A stretch of DNA of 64,000 nucleotides from an uncultured Actinomycetes bacterium (GTDB lineage Bacteria > Actinomycetota > Coriobacteriia > Anaerosomatales > CAVRZR01). The stretch is taken from the NCBI GenBank assembly GCA_963817255.1, contig CAWFNT010000004.1:168001-232000 (forward strand). The letters run 5' to 3'. Shown here one piece after another: positions 41,450 to 51,177 of this stretch (positions are counted from its first letter, which is position 1; each line of letters starts with the position of its first letter). The notes under the pieces were generated by a model. The model was given only the letters and a program-made list of their open reading frames with translations, had not been told where the DNA came from and ran no database searches. The translations under genes and the position numbers were made by a program.

Positions 41450-41574
41450 GAACGTCATAGTCAAGCGACAAGGCCCCGAGGGAACATGAATGGCATCCAT
41501 GGGTACGCAGGAGCAGAGCTCGGGGTAGTTCTCGCGTGGGTTAGGGAGCCTATTGCAGAAGGTAGAGACTAGCC

Positions 41575-42507
41575 ATGGAAGCAGCTATCGAAGTCAAATC
41601 GCTCACGAAGTCGTACAAGGACGTCTCAGTCCTGAAAGGCGTCAGTCTCAGCGTCAAGAAGGGGACGGTCTTCGCACTGCTGGGCAGCAATGGCGCCGGC
41701 AAGACTACGACGATCAACATACTGACGACACTCATCAGGGCCGATGGCGGCACCGCCACGGTGTCCGGCTACGACGTTGCCGCGCAGCCGGACAGGGTGC
41801 GCGAGGAGATCAGTCTTACCGGGCAGTTCGCTGCGGTGGACGATCGGTTGACCGGGCGCGAGAACTTGCTGCTGATCGGCGACTTGCGTCACGTTGCCGA
41901 TTCCGCGAAGACCGCTGAGGACCTTCTGCGGCGGTTTGCACTTGAAGAGGCGGCCGATCGCGGAGTGTCCACGTACTCCGGTGGCATGCGGCGCCGCCTC
42001 GACATTGCGATGAGCTTGATCGGCAATCCCTCGGTGATCTTCTTGGACGAGCCCACCACCGGATTCGACCCGGAGGGTCGCAACGAGATGTGGCGGACGA
42101 TCCGCACGCTTGCCCAAGGCGGAACGACGGTATTCCTCACGACGCAGTACCTCGATGAGGCGGACGAACTGGCCGACAACATCGCAGTCCTGGACCAAGG
42201 CAGAATCGTCGCCAGCGGAACAGCCACCGAGCTGAAGAAGCTCGTACCGGGTGGGCTCATCGAGCTGGCCTTCCAAGACGAAGAGACACGCGGTGCGGCA
42301 GCAAGGGCACTTGGCGACAGTCACACGTGTTTGGAAGGCGAGGGCGCGACGCTGCGAATCACCACCGACGGAACCGTGGCCGCGGTGGCGAGCGTCTTCG
42401 AGGAACTCCGCGACGCCGGCATCGAGCCGACGGAGTTCGCCCAGAAGGTGCCCACCCTTGACGACGTGTTCCTGAAGATCGTCGGCACGGACCGAAAGGA
42501 GGCGTGA
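41575..42507 (+). CDS. ABC transporter ATP-binding protein (DrrA/ABC-2 exporter type)
   Basis: Walker A is GSNGAGKTTT, the signature is YSGGMRRRL, and Walker B is VIFLDEPTTG. Confidence 0.9.
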   Translation: MEAAIEVKSLTKSYKDVSVLKGVSLSVKKGTVFALLGSNGAGKTTTINILTTLIRADGGTATVSGYDVAAQPDRVREEISLTGQFAAVDDRLTGRENLLLIGDLRHVADSAKTAEDLLRRFALEEAADRGVSTYSGGMRRRLDIAMSLIGNPSVIFLDEPTTGFDPEGRNEMWRTIRTLAQGGTTVFLTTQYLDEADELADNIAVLDQGRIVASGTATELKKLVPGGLIELAFQDEETRGAAARALGDSHTCLEGEGATLRITTDGTVAAVASVFEELRDAGIEPTEFAQKVPTLDDVFLKIVGTDRKEA

Positions 42508-43280
42508 TGCGCGCCATCTCGGATACCTGGACACTTGCCAAGCGCACTCTTCGCCACATCACACGAAGCCCAGACACGATCATCACGGTGCTCCTGATGC
42601 CGATCGCCTTCATGCTTCTGTTCGTCTACGTGTGGGGCGGGGCGCTGGAAACGCAGACGGGATCGATCAGCTACATCACCTTCATCGTGCCGGGAATCGT
42701 CGTCGTCACCGTGCTGAGCGGCATCTCGTATGCAGCAGTCCGCGTCAACATGGACATCCAGAGCGGCATCATCAACCGGTTCAGGACGATGCCGGTGGCA
42801 CCCTCGGCGATTCTGGGCGGGCACGTCGCGTCGTCCACACTCTCCAACCTTCTCTCGTCCTTGATAGTCCTGCTGGTGGCACTTCTGATGGGTTTCAGAT
42901 CGCACGCGGGGGTGTCGGGGTGGTTGGCCTTCGCCGGAATCGTCGTGTTGCTCACGCTTTCAACAACATGGTTGGCAATCTTCTTCGGGCTGCTCGCAAG
43001 CTCAGTGGAGGGGGCCGGCGCGTTCAGCTACATCCTGATCCTGCTCGTATTCGTAAGCTCCGCATTCGTGCCCACGAGCGCCATGACGCCGGCGTTGCGA
43101 GGCTTCGCCCAGAATCAGCCGATGACCCCTATCGTCGAGACCATGCGTTCACTCCTGATCACCGGGACGGCAGGTCCCGAACTCTGGACCGCGCTCGCGT
43201 GGATGCTGGGAAGTCTCGTGATCTTCTACGTCCTGTCCTTGGTGGTCTACAGACGCAGAGCGATCGTGGCTACCGGCTAG
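42504..43280 (+). CDS. ABC-2 type transporter permease
   Basis: The start overlaps the upstream stop (GTGATG). Six TM helices with an ABC-2 pattern. Confidence 0.85.
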   Translation: MMRAISDTWTLAKRTLRHITRSPDTIITVLLMPIAFMLLFVYVWGGALETQTGSISYITFIVPGIVVVTVLSGISYAAVRVNMDIQSGIINRFRTMPVAPSAILGGHVASSTLSNLLSSLIVLLVALLMGFRSHAGVSGWLAFAGIVVLLTLSTTWLAIFFGLLASSVEGAGAFSYILILLVFVSSAFVPTSAMTPALRGFAQNQPMTPIVETMRSLLITGTAGPELWTALAWMLGSLVIFYVLSLVVYRRRAIVATG

Positions 43281-43643
43281 ACCGGATCGCGCAAGGACCC
43301 GTGAGCGGTGGCTGTCTCGCTGCCGCTCCGGCGCACTTCGCGGGAAGACAGAACGCCACTCTGTACTGCGTGCAGGACCCGTTCCTCATCTGCTAGTATC
43401 TAGGCGCCTCTGCGACCGCACGGGGTAGTTCGAATGCGTTGGCAAGCGAAACGCGCGGTCGTGAGGCGGGGTCAGGGGGAATGCGGAAGTCGGTGTGTCC
43501 CGCGCCCACGTCAGGGATCGGCTGCACGACGTTCGCGCACCGGGCGGGAGCACGTAAGCCTGCTCGATACGCGCGTCGACGATTCCCGGTCGAGGTGGTG
43601 TCGAGCCGCACCCAGTGACCCGTGCGGAAAGGTGCTTGCCACG

Positions 43644-44654
43644 ATGAGACGCCTTCACAACTCCACGCTCGGCTGTGATGCGGGAGAGATCGTCTACCAG
43701 CAGGGCGACATCGGCAATGTCCTGTACATCATTCTCTCGGGCCGAGTCAGGATCACCCGTGAGGATAGCCACGGCGAGATCCTCTTGGCGACGCTGGGGC
43801 CGGGAGAGTTCTTCGGCGAGATGTCGCTGATCTCCGGAGGACGCCGCAGCGCGACCGTGACCGCCGAGACCGATCTCCAAGTCGAGGTCATCACCCGGAG
43901 TGTCTTCCTCGAGCACGTCCACGACCCGCTCGCGCAGAGGGTCCTCCTGGGTTTGAGCGACCGCCTTCGTGAGGTCGACTCGCTGCTCGAGTACCTTCAC
44001 GTCGAGCAGCACAAGATCCGACAGGACGCCCACGACCGGATCTACAACCGACTCGTCGCGCTGTCCCGGCTCGTTGAGGTTGCGGGTATGCGCGGTGGCG
44101 AACTCTGCGCCGACGGGGGCAACGACTGCATCAGCCTGCCGGAGATCGCATCCGAGATCAGAGATACGGTCACCGACCTGCAGCACATTCTCAGCGACCG
44201 AGCTTCCGTCAATCACGCGTCCATGCTCGAGCACGAAGAGGTTCTCGAAAAGCTCGAAGGAGTGTGCACGTCTCAGGGGGACATCTGGCAGATGGGAGTG
44301 AGCATCCAGTGCCCCGAGTTGCTCCCGCCAATTCCTCAGGCGATGTGCTGGGATCTGGAGTGCATCATAGAAGAGGCCCTCACGAACTCCGCCAAGCACG
44401 GCGAGGCGACGATGGTGTGGGTGGGCATCGGGGTGCTCGATCATGAGAATCCGGACACCCGCGCCCTCTCGATGTCGATCGTCGACGACGGCCGCGGGCT
44501 GCACCGCGTGCCTGACATCTCAGAGCTGCCCGAACACTCCAAAGGGCTGAGGGGCATGCACTCCCGCGTGCAGAGCTACGGTGGGCATCTCACGCTTGAT
44601 TCGTCACGAGAGGCTACAAAGCTGTCGGTCGTCATTCCCGTCAGCGCCAACTGA
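43644..44654 (+). CDS. cytoplasmic histidine kinase with N-terminal cyclic-nucleotide-binding domain and HisKA_3/HATPase core
   Basis: The cNMP-binding pattern is GDIGNVLYIILSGRVRI..GPGEFFGEMSLISGGRRSATV. The H-box-like segment is IRQDAHDRIYNRL. The HATPase is EEALTNSAKHG..DDGRGL..GLRGMHSRVQSYGG. No TM segment. Confidence 0.8.
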   Translation: MRRLHNSTLGCDAGEIVYQQGDIGNVLYIILSGRVRITREDSHGEILLATLGPGEFFGEMSLISGGRRSATVTAETDLQVEVITRSVFLEHVHDPLAQRVLLGLSDRLREVDSLLEYLHVEQHKIRQDAHDRIYNRLVALSRLVEVAGMRGGELCADGGNDCISLPEIASEIRDTVTDLQHILSDRASVNHASMLEHEEVLEKLEGVCTSQGDIWQMGVSIQCPELLPPIPQAMCWDLECIIEEALTNSAKHGEATMVWVGIGVLDHENPDTRALSMSIVDDGRGLHRVPDISELPEHSKGLRGMHSRVQSYGGHLTLDSSREATKLSVVIPVSAN

Positions 44655-44702
44655 CCGGCGGCTGGTCCGCATGCGGTTCCTCCAAGGAAGGGACGGGTCC
44701 GA

Positions 44703-45503
44703 ATGAGCGAGCAAGAGCCGCGGCGGCCAATGAGAGCCGCAGTCGACAAGATCCCGCACGAGTTCAAGGCCATCGCGGAGGATGCCGCGATACTGGTCCT
44801 CATCGTCATCGCGGCGAGCAGCGCTGACGTTGTGGCCGAGCGGTTCCTCGGCGAGCACATGTCTCCGATCATCCATGGGCTCCTGCAAGCATCACTCTGG
44901 GTTATGTGTGTGATCTATGCGATCGCTGTTCTCAACACCATGAAGAAGCTGGTCATGGGGCGGTTGATCGCGAACCAGGGCCGGGCGCCGAAACCTGCTG
45001 ACGGAAGCACTCGGCTGGGCAGAGCACTCGGAATACAGCCGCAGGTTGCTGCCCAGACTCAGACCTCCGGTGTGAATCCGCTCTCCGTGCTCGTGGTGGA
45101 TGACGATCGGCTCGCTTCTGCGGCCATCCGGTACGTGCTGGCCGAAGACCCCAGGATCGGAGCCGTCGCCACGGCGATCTCTCCTGACGCAGCGATCGCC
45201 AAGATCACTAGCGGTCCGGACAGCGAGGCCCCGGACGTGATCCTCCTGGATGTGAACTACACCGGACAAGACAAGACGGGTGTCGACTACCTGGCGGAGC
45301 TGCACCAATCAGCCCCTCGGTCGAAGCTTGTCGTCATGTCGGTCTGTCGCGAGTATGCGAAGGCGGCGGTTGCCGCCGACGCGGACGGATTCATCTGGAA
45401 GAACGAGTCCGCTGTGGATTTCGCTGAGGCCGTCGTCGGCGCGTCAAAGCACAGTTTCGTTGCGAGCAAGTCAGTCACGAGGGAGCTGCTCGGCACGGCG
45501 TAG
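44703..45503 (+). CDS. membrane-anchored receiver-domain protein lacking a DNA-binding output
   Basis: Two N-terminal TM helices (AAILVLIVIAASSADVV, LLQASLWVMCVIYAIAVL), a linker, then REC (LSVLVVDDD..DVILLDVNY..KLVVMS..GADGFIWK). It ends 25 aa after REC. No LuxR-type HTH appears in any frame downstream. Confidence 0.75.
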   Translation: MSEQEPRRPMRAAVDKIPHEFKAIAEDAAILVLIVIAASSADVVAERFLGEHMSPIIHGLLQASLWVMCVIYAIAVLNTMKKLVMGRLIANQGRAPKPADGSTRLGRALGIQPQVAAQTQTSGVNPLSVLVVDDDRLASAAIRYVLAEDPRIGAVATAISPDAAIAKITSGPDSEAPDVILLDVNYTGQDKTGVDYLAELHQSAPRSKLVVMSVCREYAKAAVAADADGFIWKNESAVDFAEAVVGASKHSFVASKSVTRELLGTA

Positions 45504-45752
45504 TACGCGACGCGATCTGGGGCTGTCCGCTCCTGTCGCCGGGGCTTCCGGCCGCGAGACCACAGGGAACGGCCCGTGGCCGAACGCGCACGTTCATATG
45601 GGACTACTTCGCCTGCACGCAGGCGCCCAGGCACGCCTAGGGGCCTGGGATTCCTAACCCGCCTTAACGATGCGGCTGAGCCGGCGGGGGAGTAGAATCA
45701 CGGGGTTGCCGCAGGTCCTCAGGGGGAGGACCCGGCGAGCGAAGGGGGACCC

Positions 45753-47630
45753 ATGAGCACCCAGGATCGCTACACGCGTCTGTACGCTGCTGTGCTGTGC
45801 GCCGTCACCCTAGTGCTGCTGCTCCCGGCAATCGCGGCGGGGGTCACCGTGGATGTCCCGGTCGGGGCGTATCCTTCCGCGGCGGTCGTGTATACCGGGA
45901 GCACGCCCGCGAAGATCTACGTGGCCGACTACTACGGCTACGACGTGTGCGTGATCGGCGGCGATACCGACGCCGAGATCGCCCCGAGGATCGGCGTTGG
46001 GCCCCAGCCGATGGCCATGGCGTGCGACCTGTCGCTTCAGGAGGTCTACGCGCTTCGGGCTGGCGGCATCTCCGACGTGACCGTGATTGATGCCGCGACT
46101 GATACGTGGAAGGACGACATCGGCCTCGCCGGGCAAGCCACAGATATCGCCGTCGACGACGCCCTCGATGACGTCTACGTCGCCACGTGGGGTCCAGACA
46201 ACAGCGTCGCGGTGATCCACCGACACGATCCCAGTCTGCCCCCTGACCTTGTCGCAGTGGGAACGAATCCCGGGAACCTCGTCGTCGACTCCGAGAAGCA
46301 CTGGGTCTACGTCGCGAACGCCGGAAGCAACGACGTGAGCGTCATCGATGGCGGCCAGGAACCCCCCGCCGTTGTCGCCACCATCAACACGGGAGGCCAG
46401 CCTGGCAAGATGGCCTTGGATCCGGCGAGCCACAAGGTCTACGTGGTCTGCTCCGGCAGCAATGAGGTGACCGTCATCGACGGGGGTGCCGACCGTCCCT
46501 CGGTACCCTCATTCGTCAAGAACATCGTCGTCGGCTCCCTTCCGAATTTCGTGGCGGTGGATTCCCTGCATCAGAAGGTGTACGTGACCAACGGAGGCGG
46601 CTACTACGCCTCTCATGACGTGAGCGTGATCGACAGCATGACCGATACGGAGATCCTGCCGAGGATTCACGCGGGGCCATATCCCTATGACGTGGCGGTC
46701 GATCCCGCGCTCAACCTGGTCTACGTGACCAACTACTTCACCAACAACATGACGGTGATCGACGCGGGAAACGGCAACACCACAACAGACGTGCCGGTCG
46801 GCGGGACGCCTGCAGTCGTCGAGCTTAACCCGCAAACCCACAAGGCGTACGTGCTGAACGGGACCAGTGACACGGTGACGGTGTATGCGCCGCCGCTGCC
46901 TCCAACCACGCACGTCATCAAGGCTACGGCCGGCCCGTTCGGCTCGATCACCCCGTCGGGAGACGTGCCGGTCGTCGATGGCGGCAGCCAGGCCTTCGTG
47001 ATTTCGCCGGACTTCGGCTACCACGTGGGCGCACTCACAGTGGACGGCGTCGTCGACAGCACCTTCGACCCGGCGGGCGGGTCCTATTCGTTCACGAACG
47101 TGACGACCGATCGCACGATTGCGGTGAGGTTCGATCCCAACGTCTACATGCTCACCTACGTCGCTCAGGCCGGCGGCGAAATCCTCGATATCGGTTTCGG
47201 CATCAGGACCAGCGTCTATCGGCTGCCCGTTCAGTACAACACCTACGGCCCGCCGATCCAGGCTCTGCCCAAGAACCCCAACGTTTCCTACTTCACCGGC
47301 TGGCTGGAGGACGGGTTCGGAGGTCCGTATCGCATTGACTTGGTGACGGGCGATGCGACCTACACCGCGACGTTCTCCAAGCCCAACAAGCAGCACTCCT
47401 TCAAGATCACGTACAAGTGTTCGCCGGGCGGAGCGGGTGTGATCGGGCCCTCAGGCGCCGAGACGCAGTTCGTCCTCCCAGGCCAAAACGGGATGGCGGT
47501 CACCGCTCTGCCGGCGAAGGCGGGGTGGGTATTCGACCATTGGAGCGACGGAAACACCTGTCCCGATCGGCAGGAATTCAACGTGAACGCGGACATGAAG
47601 TTTACGGCCATCTACGTGAAGAGTCCGTAG
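45753..47630 (+). CDS. secreted YVTN-family beta-propeller repeat protein with C-terminal InlB-B-repeat-like domains
   Basis: Signal peptide present. Repeated units are KVYVANAGSNDVSVID, KVYVVCSGSNEVTVID, KVYVTNGGG.. and LVYVTNYFTNNMTVID. The C-terminal repeats end ..YTATFS and ..FTAIYV. Confidence 0.8.
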   Translation: MSTQDRYTRLYAAVLCAVTLVLLLPAIAAGVTVDVPVGAYPSAAVVYTGSTPAKIYVADYYGYDVCVIGGDTDAEIAPRIGVGPQPMAMACDLSLQEVYALRAGGISDVTVIDAATDTWKDDIGLAGQATDIAVDDALDDVYVATWGPDNSVAVIHRHDPSLPPDLVAVGTNPGNLVVDSEKHWVYVANAGSNDVSVIDGGQEPPAVVATINTGGQPGKMALDPASHKVYVVCSGSNEVTVIDGGADRPSVPSFVKNIVVGSLPNFVAVDSLHQKVYVTNGGGYYASHDVSVIDSMTDTEILPRIHAGPYPYDVAVDPALNLVYVTNYFTNNMTVIDAGNGNTTTDVPVGGTPAVVELNPQTHKAYVLNGTSDTVTVYAPPLPPTTHVIKATAGPFGSITPSGDVPVVDGGSQAFVISPDFGYHVGALTVDGVVDSTFDPAGGSYSFTNVTTDRTIAVRFDPNVYMLTYVAQAGGEILDIGFGIRTSVYRLPVQYNTYGPPIQALPKNPNVSYFTGWLEDGFGGPYRIDLVTGDATYTATFSKPNKQHSFKITYKCSPGGAGVIGPSGAETQFVLPGQNGMAVTALPAKAGWVFDHWSDGNTCPDRQEFNVNADMKFTAIYVKSP

Positions 47631-47688
47631 GCGCAATCTCGGACGTCCCGCGGGGACTAGACAACCCTCTCGGCTCGCCAGCACTCAA

Positions 47689-47721
47689 GACGCCCGCTTC
47701 CCTTCGTGAGGAGCGGGCGTC
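47689..47721. terminator. bidirectional intrinsic-terminator-like hairpin between convergent genes
   Basis: GACGCCCGCTTCC-cttcgtga-GGAGCGGGCGTC (one bulge) followed by GCTCTTGC. It lies between the YVTN gene end and the permease gene end. Confidence 0.6.
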
Positions 47722-47859
47722 GCTCTTGCATCGAATACGGACGCGGGAGTGCGTCTGCATCTGCGCGAGGTGACCCCTTCGGGCGGTTCGAGACTCATCA
47801 ACCGTGGTCCAGCAGAAGATGACTCGCCCTGCGCGCAGACGCCGCCTGACCTCAGACGT

Positions 47860-48604
47860 CTACTCCCACCGGAAGAAGCGTGCGGCGAGCGCCGTGCACA
47901 CGATGAGCGTGCCCAGGAGCACCGCGGTTGCGAGCAGGTAGTCGCTCCACGGGTTGCCGAACCAGAGTCCTCTGAGCAGTTCCACTGCGTAGGTGAGCGG
48001 CAAGAACTGCGAGATCCGCCGAACCGACTCGGGCATGACCTCCGGGGGGATGAACACGCCCGACAGAAACATCATGGGATAGAGGATCAGCAAACCAACG
48101 ACGTTGGCGATCCGCGCGGTTGGTGCGAGGGCGGCGATCAAGTAGCCGATCGAGAACATCGCGAGCGCGCAGAGGACGATCGCGAACCCCACGAGGATCG
48201 CGCTCCCCTCGAAAACCGCACGATAGAAGACCCAGCCGGCCAAGACGAGCACCAGGATCCCGACGAACGCCATGAGCAGGTTGCTGATGACATCGGCGAC
48301 GATGAACGTGATCGGTCGCAGCGGCGTGCTGCGGAAGCGTCTGAGGACGCCCGATTCGCGGTAGCCACAGATGCTGACGGGGATCGACATGAAACCCACG
48401 ATACAGAGCACCATTGCGGCGTACGCAGGCATCGCGACGTCCATCGATCCAAGGCCTGCTGACAAGCGGGGAGGGCTTGTTGCCGAAGATCATGCCGTTC
48501 AGCACGACGAGAAGCGGCGCGAATGCGATCGTGAAGAAGATCGCGATGGGCTCTCGGAGGAACAGCCGGATGTCGGTCTTGGTGAGCCTCAGGAAGCCGC
48601 GCAT
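47860..48604 (-). CDS. ABC-2 type transporter permease; frameshifted in this assembly
   Basis: ORFs 47852-48604 (N-terminus MRGFLRLTKTDIRLFLREPIAIFFTIAFAPLLVVLNGMIFG) and 47860-48465 join if one G is removed from plus-strand run 48468-48471. Confidence 0.8.
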
Positions 48605-48606
48605 CG

Positions 48607-49518
48607 CTAGTCCCTCATCTCGCGGCCTGTGAGGGCAAGAAAGACGTCCTCGAGGTTGGGCTGCTCGGTGCGCAGATCCAGAAAGTCCGCGTGTGCGTCC
48701 TCGAGTGCGGCAACGACCGTGCTTGCGAAGCGGTCGCCCGTGCCGTACACGACGACCCGCGAGTCGGTCTGCTCGGTGCGCTCCACGACCGTCACCCCGT
48801 CGAATGAAGGAGTGGTCGCACCCTCTGGCAGCGTGAACGAGAGGCGGCGTTCCACGCCAAGGCTCTTTACCAGGGCCGCTGGGGTATCGAGCGCTACCAC
48901 GGTGCCATGGTCGACGATGAGGACGCGGTCGCAGAGTCGCTCGGCCTCCTCCATCGAGTGTGTCGTCATGACGACAGTGCAGCCGCCGTCGCGGATCTCA
49001 CGCACGAGGTCCCACATGGAGCGACGGGCCTGCGGATCGAGCCCGGTGGTCAACTCGTCGAAGAACACGACCTCGGGCATGCCCACGAGCGCAAGCGCGA
49101 TGAAGAGTCGCTGCTTCTGGCCTCCGGACAGCTTCGAGAATGCTGCCGACCGCTTGTCGGACAGCCCGAGCCGCTCGATAAGCTCGCCGACGTTGGCACT
49201 TCGCTCGTAGAACGAGGCGAAGAGCTCGAGCGCTTCCTCAACACGGACGTGAGTCGGCAGCGCGCTCTCCTGGAGCTGGACGCCGATCTTGTCGGCGAGT
49301 TTCGTGCGATTCGCGGGATCCTCGCCAAGGACTCGGATGCTGCCGCCATCCGGTTGCCGAAGTCCCTCGACGCACTCGATGGTGGTGGTCTTGCCCGCTC
49401 CGTTGGGCCCCACCATGCCGAAGACCTCTCCTTCTCGTACGTCGAAGGAGATGTCTGCGACGGCGATCACATCGTCGTAGTGTTTGCGAAGCTCGCGTAC
49501 CTGGATGACGCTAGACAC
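48607..49518 (-). CDS. ABC transporter ATP-binding protein (ABC-2 exporter type)
   Basis: Walker A is GPNGAGKTTT, the signature is LSGGQKQRL, and Walker B is VVFFDELTTGLD. Confidence 0.9.
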   Translation of the reverse strand: MSSVIQVRELRKHYDDVIAVADISFDVREGEVFGMVGPNGAGKTTTIECVEGLRQPDGGSIRVLGEDPANRTKLADKIGVQLQESALPTHVRVEEALELFASFYERSANVGELIERLGLSDKRSAAFSKLSGGQKQRLFIALALVGMPEVVFFDELTTGLDPQARRSMWDLVREIRDGGCTVVMTTHSMEEAERLCDRVLIVDHGTVVALDTPAALVKSLGVERRLSFTLPEGATTPSFDGVTVVERTEQTDSRVVVYGTGDRFASTVVAALEDAHADFLDLRTEQPNLEDVFLALTGREMRD

Positions 49519-49536
49519 GATCCCCCGATCGGCACA

Positions 49537-51021
49537 TCACCGCACGATGATTTCGGCAGAGCCTGCGGACCAGCTCGGAGCATGGGCCGCATCTGCGTGG
49601 TAAGCGCGGAGCTTCCACGAACCCTTGTAGCGGAGCTTCATCCGGACGGTGTACCTCGTGTAGGTGCGGTAGTTGGACGCTCGCGCCTTCACGAAGCCGT
49701 AGCTCTTCCACGCCCGCCCCACCTTCCTATAGAAGACCACCTTGACGGGGTAGGAGCCAGCGAGGTGTCTAGGCCGTAAGGCGCCGGTGACGGTGAACGC
49801 GACGTTCCGCCTGACGCTTCTCGGAGCGACGGGCGCGGACACAACAGCCTTCGGCCGAGCGGCGCTGGCCACGGTTGTAAACACCTCCGAGTCCGTGCCG
49901 ACGCCCAAGCCCCCCTGCCCGTGCCACACGATCCTGTTGCCCGAAACGCCGGACGCCGTGTCGAAGACGTCATTCCGAGTGATCTGTTGCACACCGGTTG
50001 TCGGCGTCCAAGAGAAGATCTCGTTGTCCGAGCCCTTGTCGGAGCCTCCCGGCGAATGCCATACGATCCGGTCACCCGAGACCCCGGCCGCGTAGTCTTC
50101 GACGACGTTCCTAGTGATCTGCGTCGTGCCTGCCGTGGGTGTCCACGTGAAGATCTCGCTGTCGAGGCCCTTGTCGCTCCCGCCCGGGCCGGTCCATACG
50201 ATCCGGTCGCCCGCTATCGTTCTGGCGTTGTCCCCAGTCGAGTTCTCCGTGAGCTGCTGGACACCACCTGCAGAAGTCCATGTGAACACCTCGCTGTCGG
50301 TGCCGCCGTCTGATCCGCCGGCGCCGGACCACAGCACTCTGTTCGCCGAAAGGCCCTGCGCGTACTCGTCGGTGTCGTTGGTGGTGAGCTGCTGAATCCC
50401 GGCCGCCGCCGTCCACAGGAAGATCTCGGTATCGATGCCCCCGTCGGTCCCGCCCTCGCCCGTCCACACGACTCGGTCGCCGGAGACACCGGCCACTGAG
50501 TCCCACGCGCCGTTGTGCGTGAGCTGCTCGGCGCCACCTGCCGGCGTCCAGGTGAAGACCTCGTCGTCCTCGCCACCCTCGGACAAGCCTGAAGCGTTCC
50601 AGACGACGCGGTCCCCAGATACGTCTTTCACGAGGTCGTCACTCGTATTGGTCGTGAGCTGACTGACGCCGCCGCCCGGCGTCCAGGTGAAGATCTCGGT
50701 GTCCGTTCCGCCATCTGAGCCGCCGGGGCCGTACCAGACGACCCGCTCCCCGGAGACCGCCTGTGCGTAGTCGTCGCCCGAGTTCTCGGTCAGCTGCACG
50801 ATGCCGCTGGTCGGCGCCCATGTGAAGACCTCGTGGTCGGCCCCCAAGTCGCTGCCGCCCGTGCCGTACCAGGCGATGCGGTTGCCCGAGACTTTGGGGA
50901 ACACGTCTTCGGTGGCGTTGCTGGTGATCTGTGTGCTCGTGCCGGCCACGGCCGAAGGGCAGCACGCCATCGCGACCGCGAGCGCGAGAGCGATAGAGGC
51001 GCTCGAGAGTCTTCCCGGCAT
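49537..51021 (-). CDS. secreted protein with eight tandem 45-aa repeats (probable beta-propeller) and a C-terminal beta-sandwich module
   Basis: ATG at 51021 follows GAGGAGGAG. The signal peptide is MPGRLSSASIALALAVAMACCPSAVAG. The repeats have the form SG[DN]R[IV]VW.G.GGSD.G.D.E[IV]FTWTP..G..QLT.N...D. Confidence 0.8.
   Translation of the reverse strand: MPGRLSSASIALALAVAMACCPSAVAGTSTQITSNATEDVFPKVSGNRIAWYGTGGSDLGADHEVFTWAPTSGIVQLTENSGDDYAQAVSGERVVWYGPGGSDGGTDTEIFTWTPGGGVSQLTTNTSDDLVKDVSGDRVVWNASGLSEGGEDDEVFTWTPAGGAEQLTHNGAWDSVAGVSGDRVVWTGEGGTDGGIDTEIFLWTAAAGIQQLTTNDTDEYAQGLSANRVLWSGAGGSDGGTDSEVFTWTSAGGVQQLTENSTGDNARTIAGDRIVWTGPGGSDKGLDSEIFTWTPTAGTTQITRNVVEDYAAGVSGDRIVWHSPGGSDKGSDNEIFSWTPTTGVQQITRNDVFDTASGVSGNRIVWHGQGGLGVGTDSEVFTTVASAARPKAVVSAPVAPRSVRRNVAFTVTGALRPRHLAGSYPVKVVFYRKVGRAWKSYGFVKARASNYRTYTRYTVRMKLRYKGSWKLRAYHADAAHAPSWSAGSAEIIVR
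49820..50890 (-). repeat. eight tandem about 135-bp coding repeats inside the propeller gene
   Basis: Eight consecutive 45-aa units are readable directly in the translation. This accounts for the many parallel ORFs on both strands here. Confidence 0.7.
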
Positions 51022-51177
51022 GAAGCTCCTCCTCAATCGGCATCGGCATGCTTGCAGGATCGAGCGGTTTGCCAGCGCCTCGTTGGGCAAGCACATATTC
51101 GCGCGCGTGCTCCCATCGGCATGCTACACCCCGTCCCATGCGCCGGCATGTGGAGCCGGCGGGGGAGTGTGCCCCGC

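Noticed and set aside
41058-41574. ORFs 41222-41500 (minus) and 41282-41572 (plus) in the long intergenic region.
   Set aside because: Neither has an RBS. Composition is atypical, they overlap each other, and their translations lack any motif. I treat the region as regulatory.
45480-45660. The missing LuxR-type HTH of the receiver protein as a frameshift artefact.
   Set aside because: I translated all three forward frames after the TAG at 45501-45503. None shows a helix-turn-helix pattern (no ..REREVL..G.SNKEIA..). The truncation therefore appears genuine, pending read-level checks.
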